A stretch of DNA of 35,494 bases from Octopus bimaculoides. Its lineage: Eukaryota. Below, in pieces: positions 35,377 to 35,494 of this stretch (position 1 is its first letter; each line of letters starts with the position of its first letter). A program made the position numbers and the translations under genes. The stretch covers positions 11,211,721 to 11,247,214 of the forward strand of contig NC_068995.1 in NCBI RefSeq assembly GCF_001194135.2. Reading direction: 5' to 3'. The notes beneath the pieces are model-generated. The model saw only the letters and a program-made list of their open reading frames with translations, ran no database searches and had not been told where the DNA came from.

Positions 35377-35494
35377 ATACATATGTATATATATATATGT
35401 ATGTATATATATATATGTGTGTGTGTGTATATATGTACATATGTATATGTGTATATATATGATTATATATATGTGTGTATATATATGCATATAT
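35377..35494. repeat. Compound (AT)n/(GT)n microsatellite
   Basis: Direct reading. Confidence 0.92.

Overview
AT-rich, microsatellite-saturated eukaryotic scaffold with 15 N-gaps (about 4.5 kb, about 13% of the window). The repeat sequences match my recollection of coleoid cephalopod (Octopus-like) DNA; this is recognition from memory, not a database result. There is no prokaryote-type gene, CRISPR array, rRNA or intact tRNA. Almost all entries in the supplied ORF track are artefacts of N-runs or simple repeats. What is well supported is about 25 full or partial copies of tRNA-headed SINEs from at least four modular families (working labels A-D). Four copies carry clear 9-11 bp target-site duplications. 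Weakly supported: several short candidate exons, most notably a phase-compatible plus-strand chain (13448-26224) and a competing minus-strand exon pair (25411-24924); neither could be assigned to a protein family. The most notable structures are a head/tail chimeric SINE with its own TSD, a stem-loop shared by two SINE families, a roughly 225 bp near-perfect palindrome, and a degenerate ~50 bp repeat in three clusters. I found no convincing novel biological system; the window reads as intronic or intergenic DNA, possibly with a few real exons.
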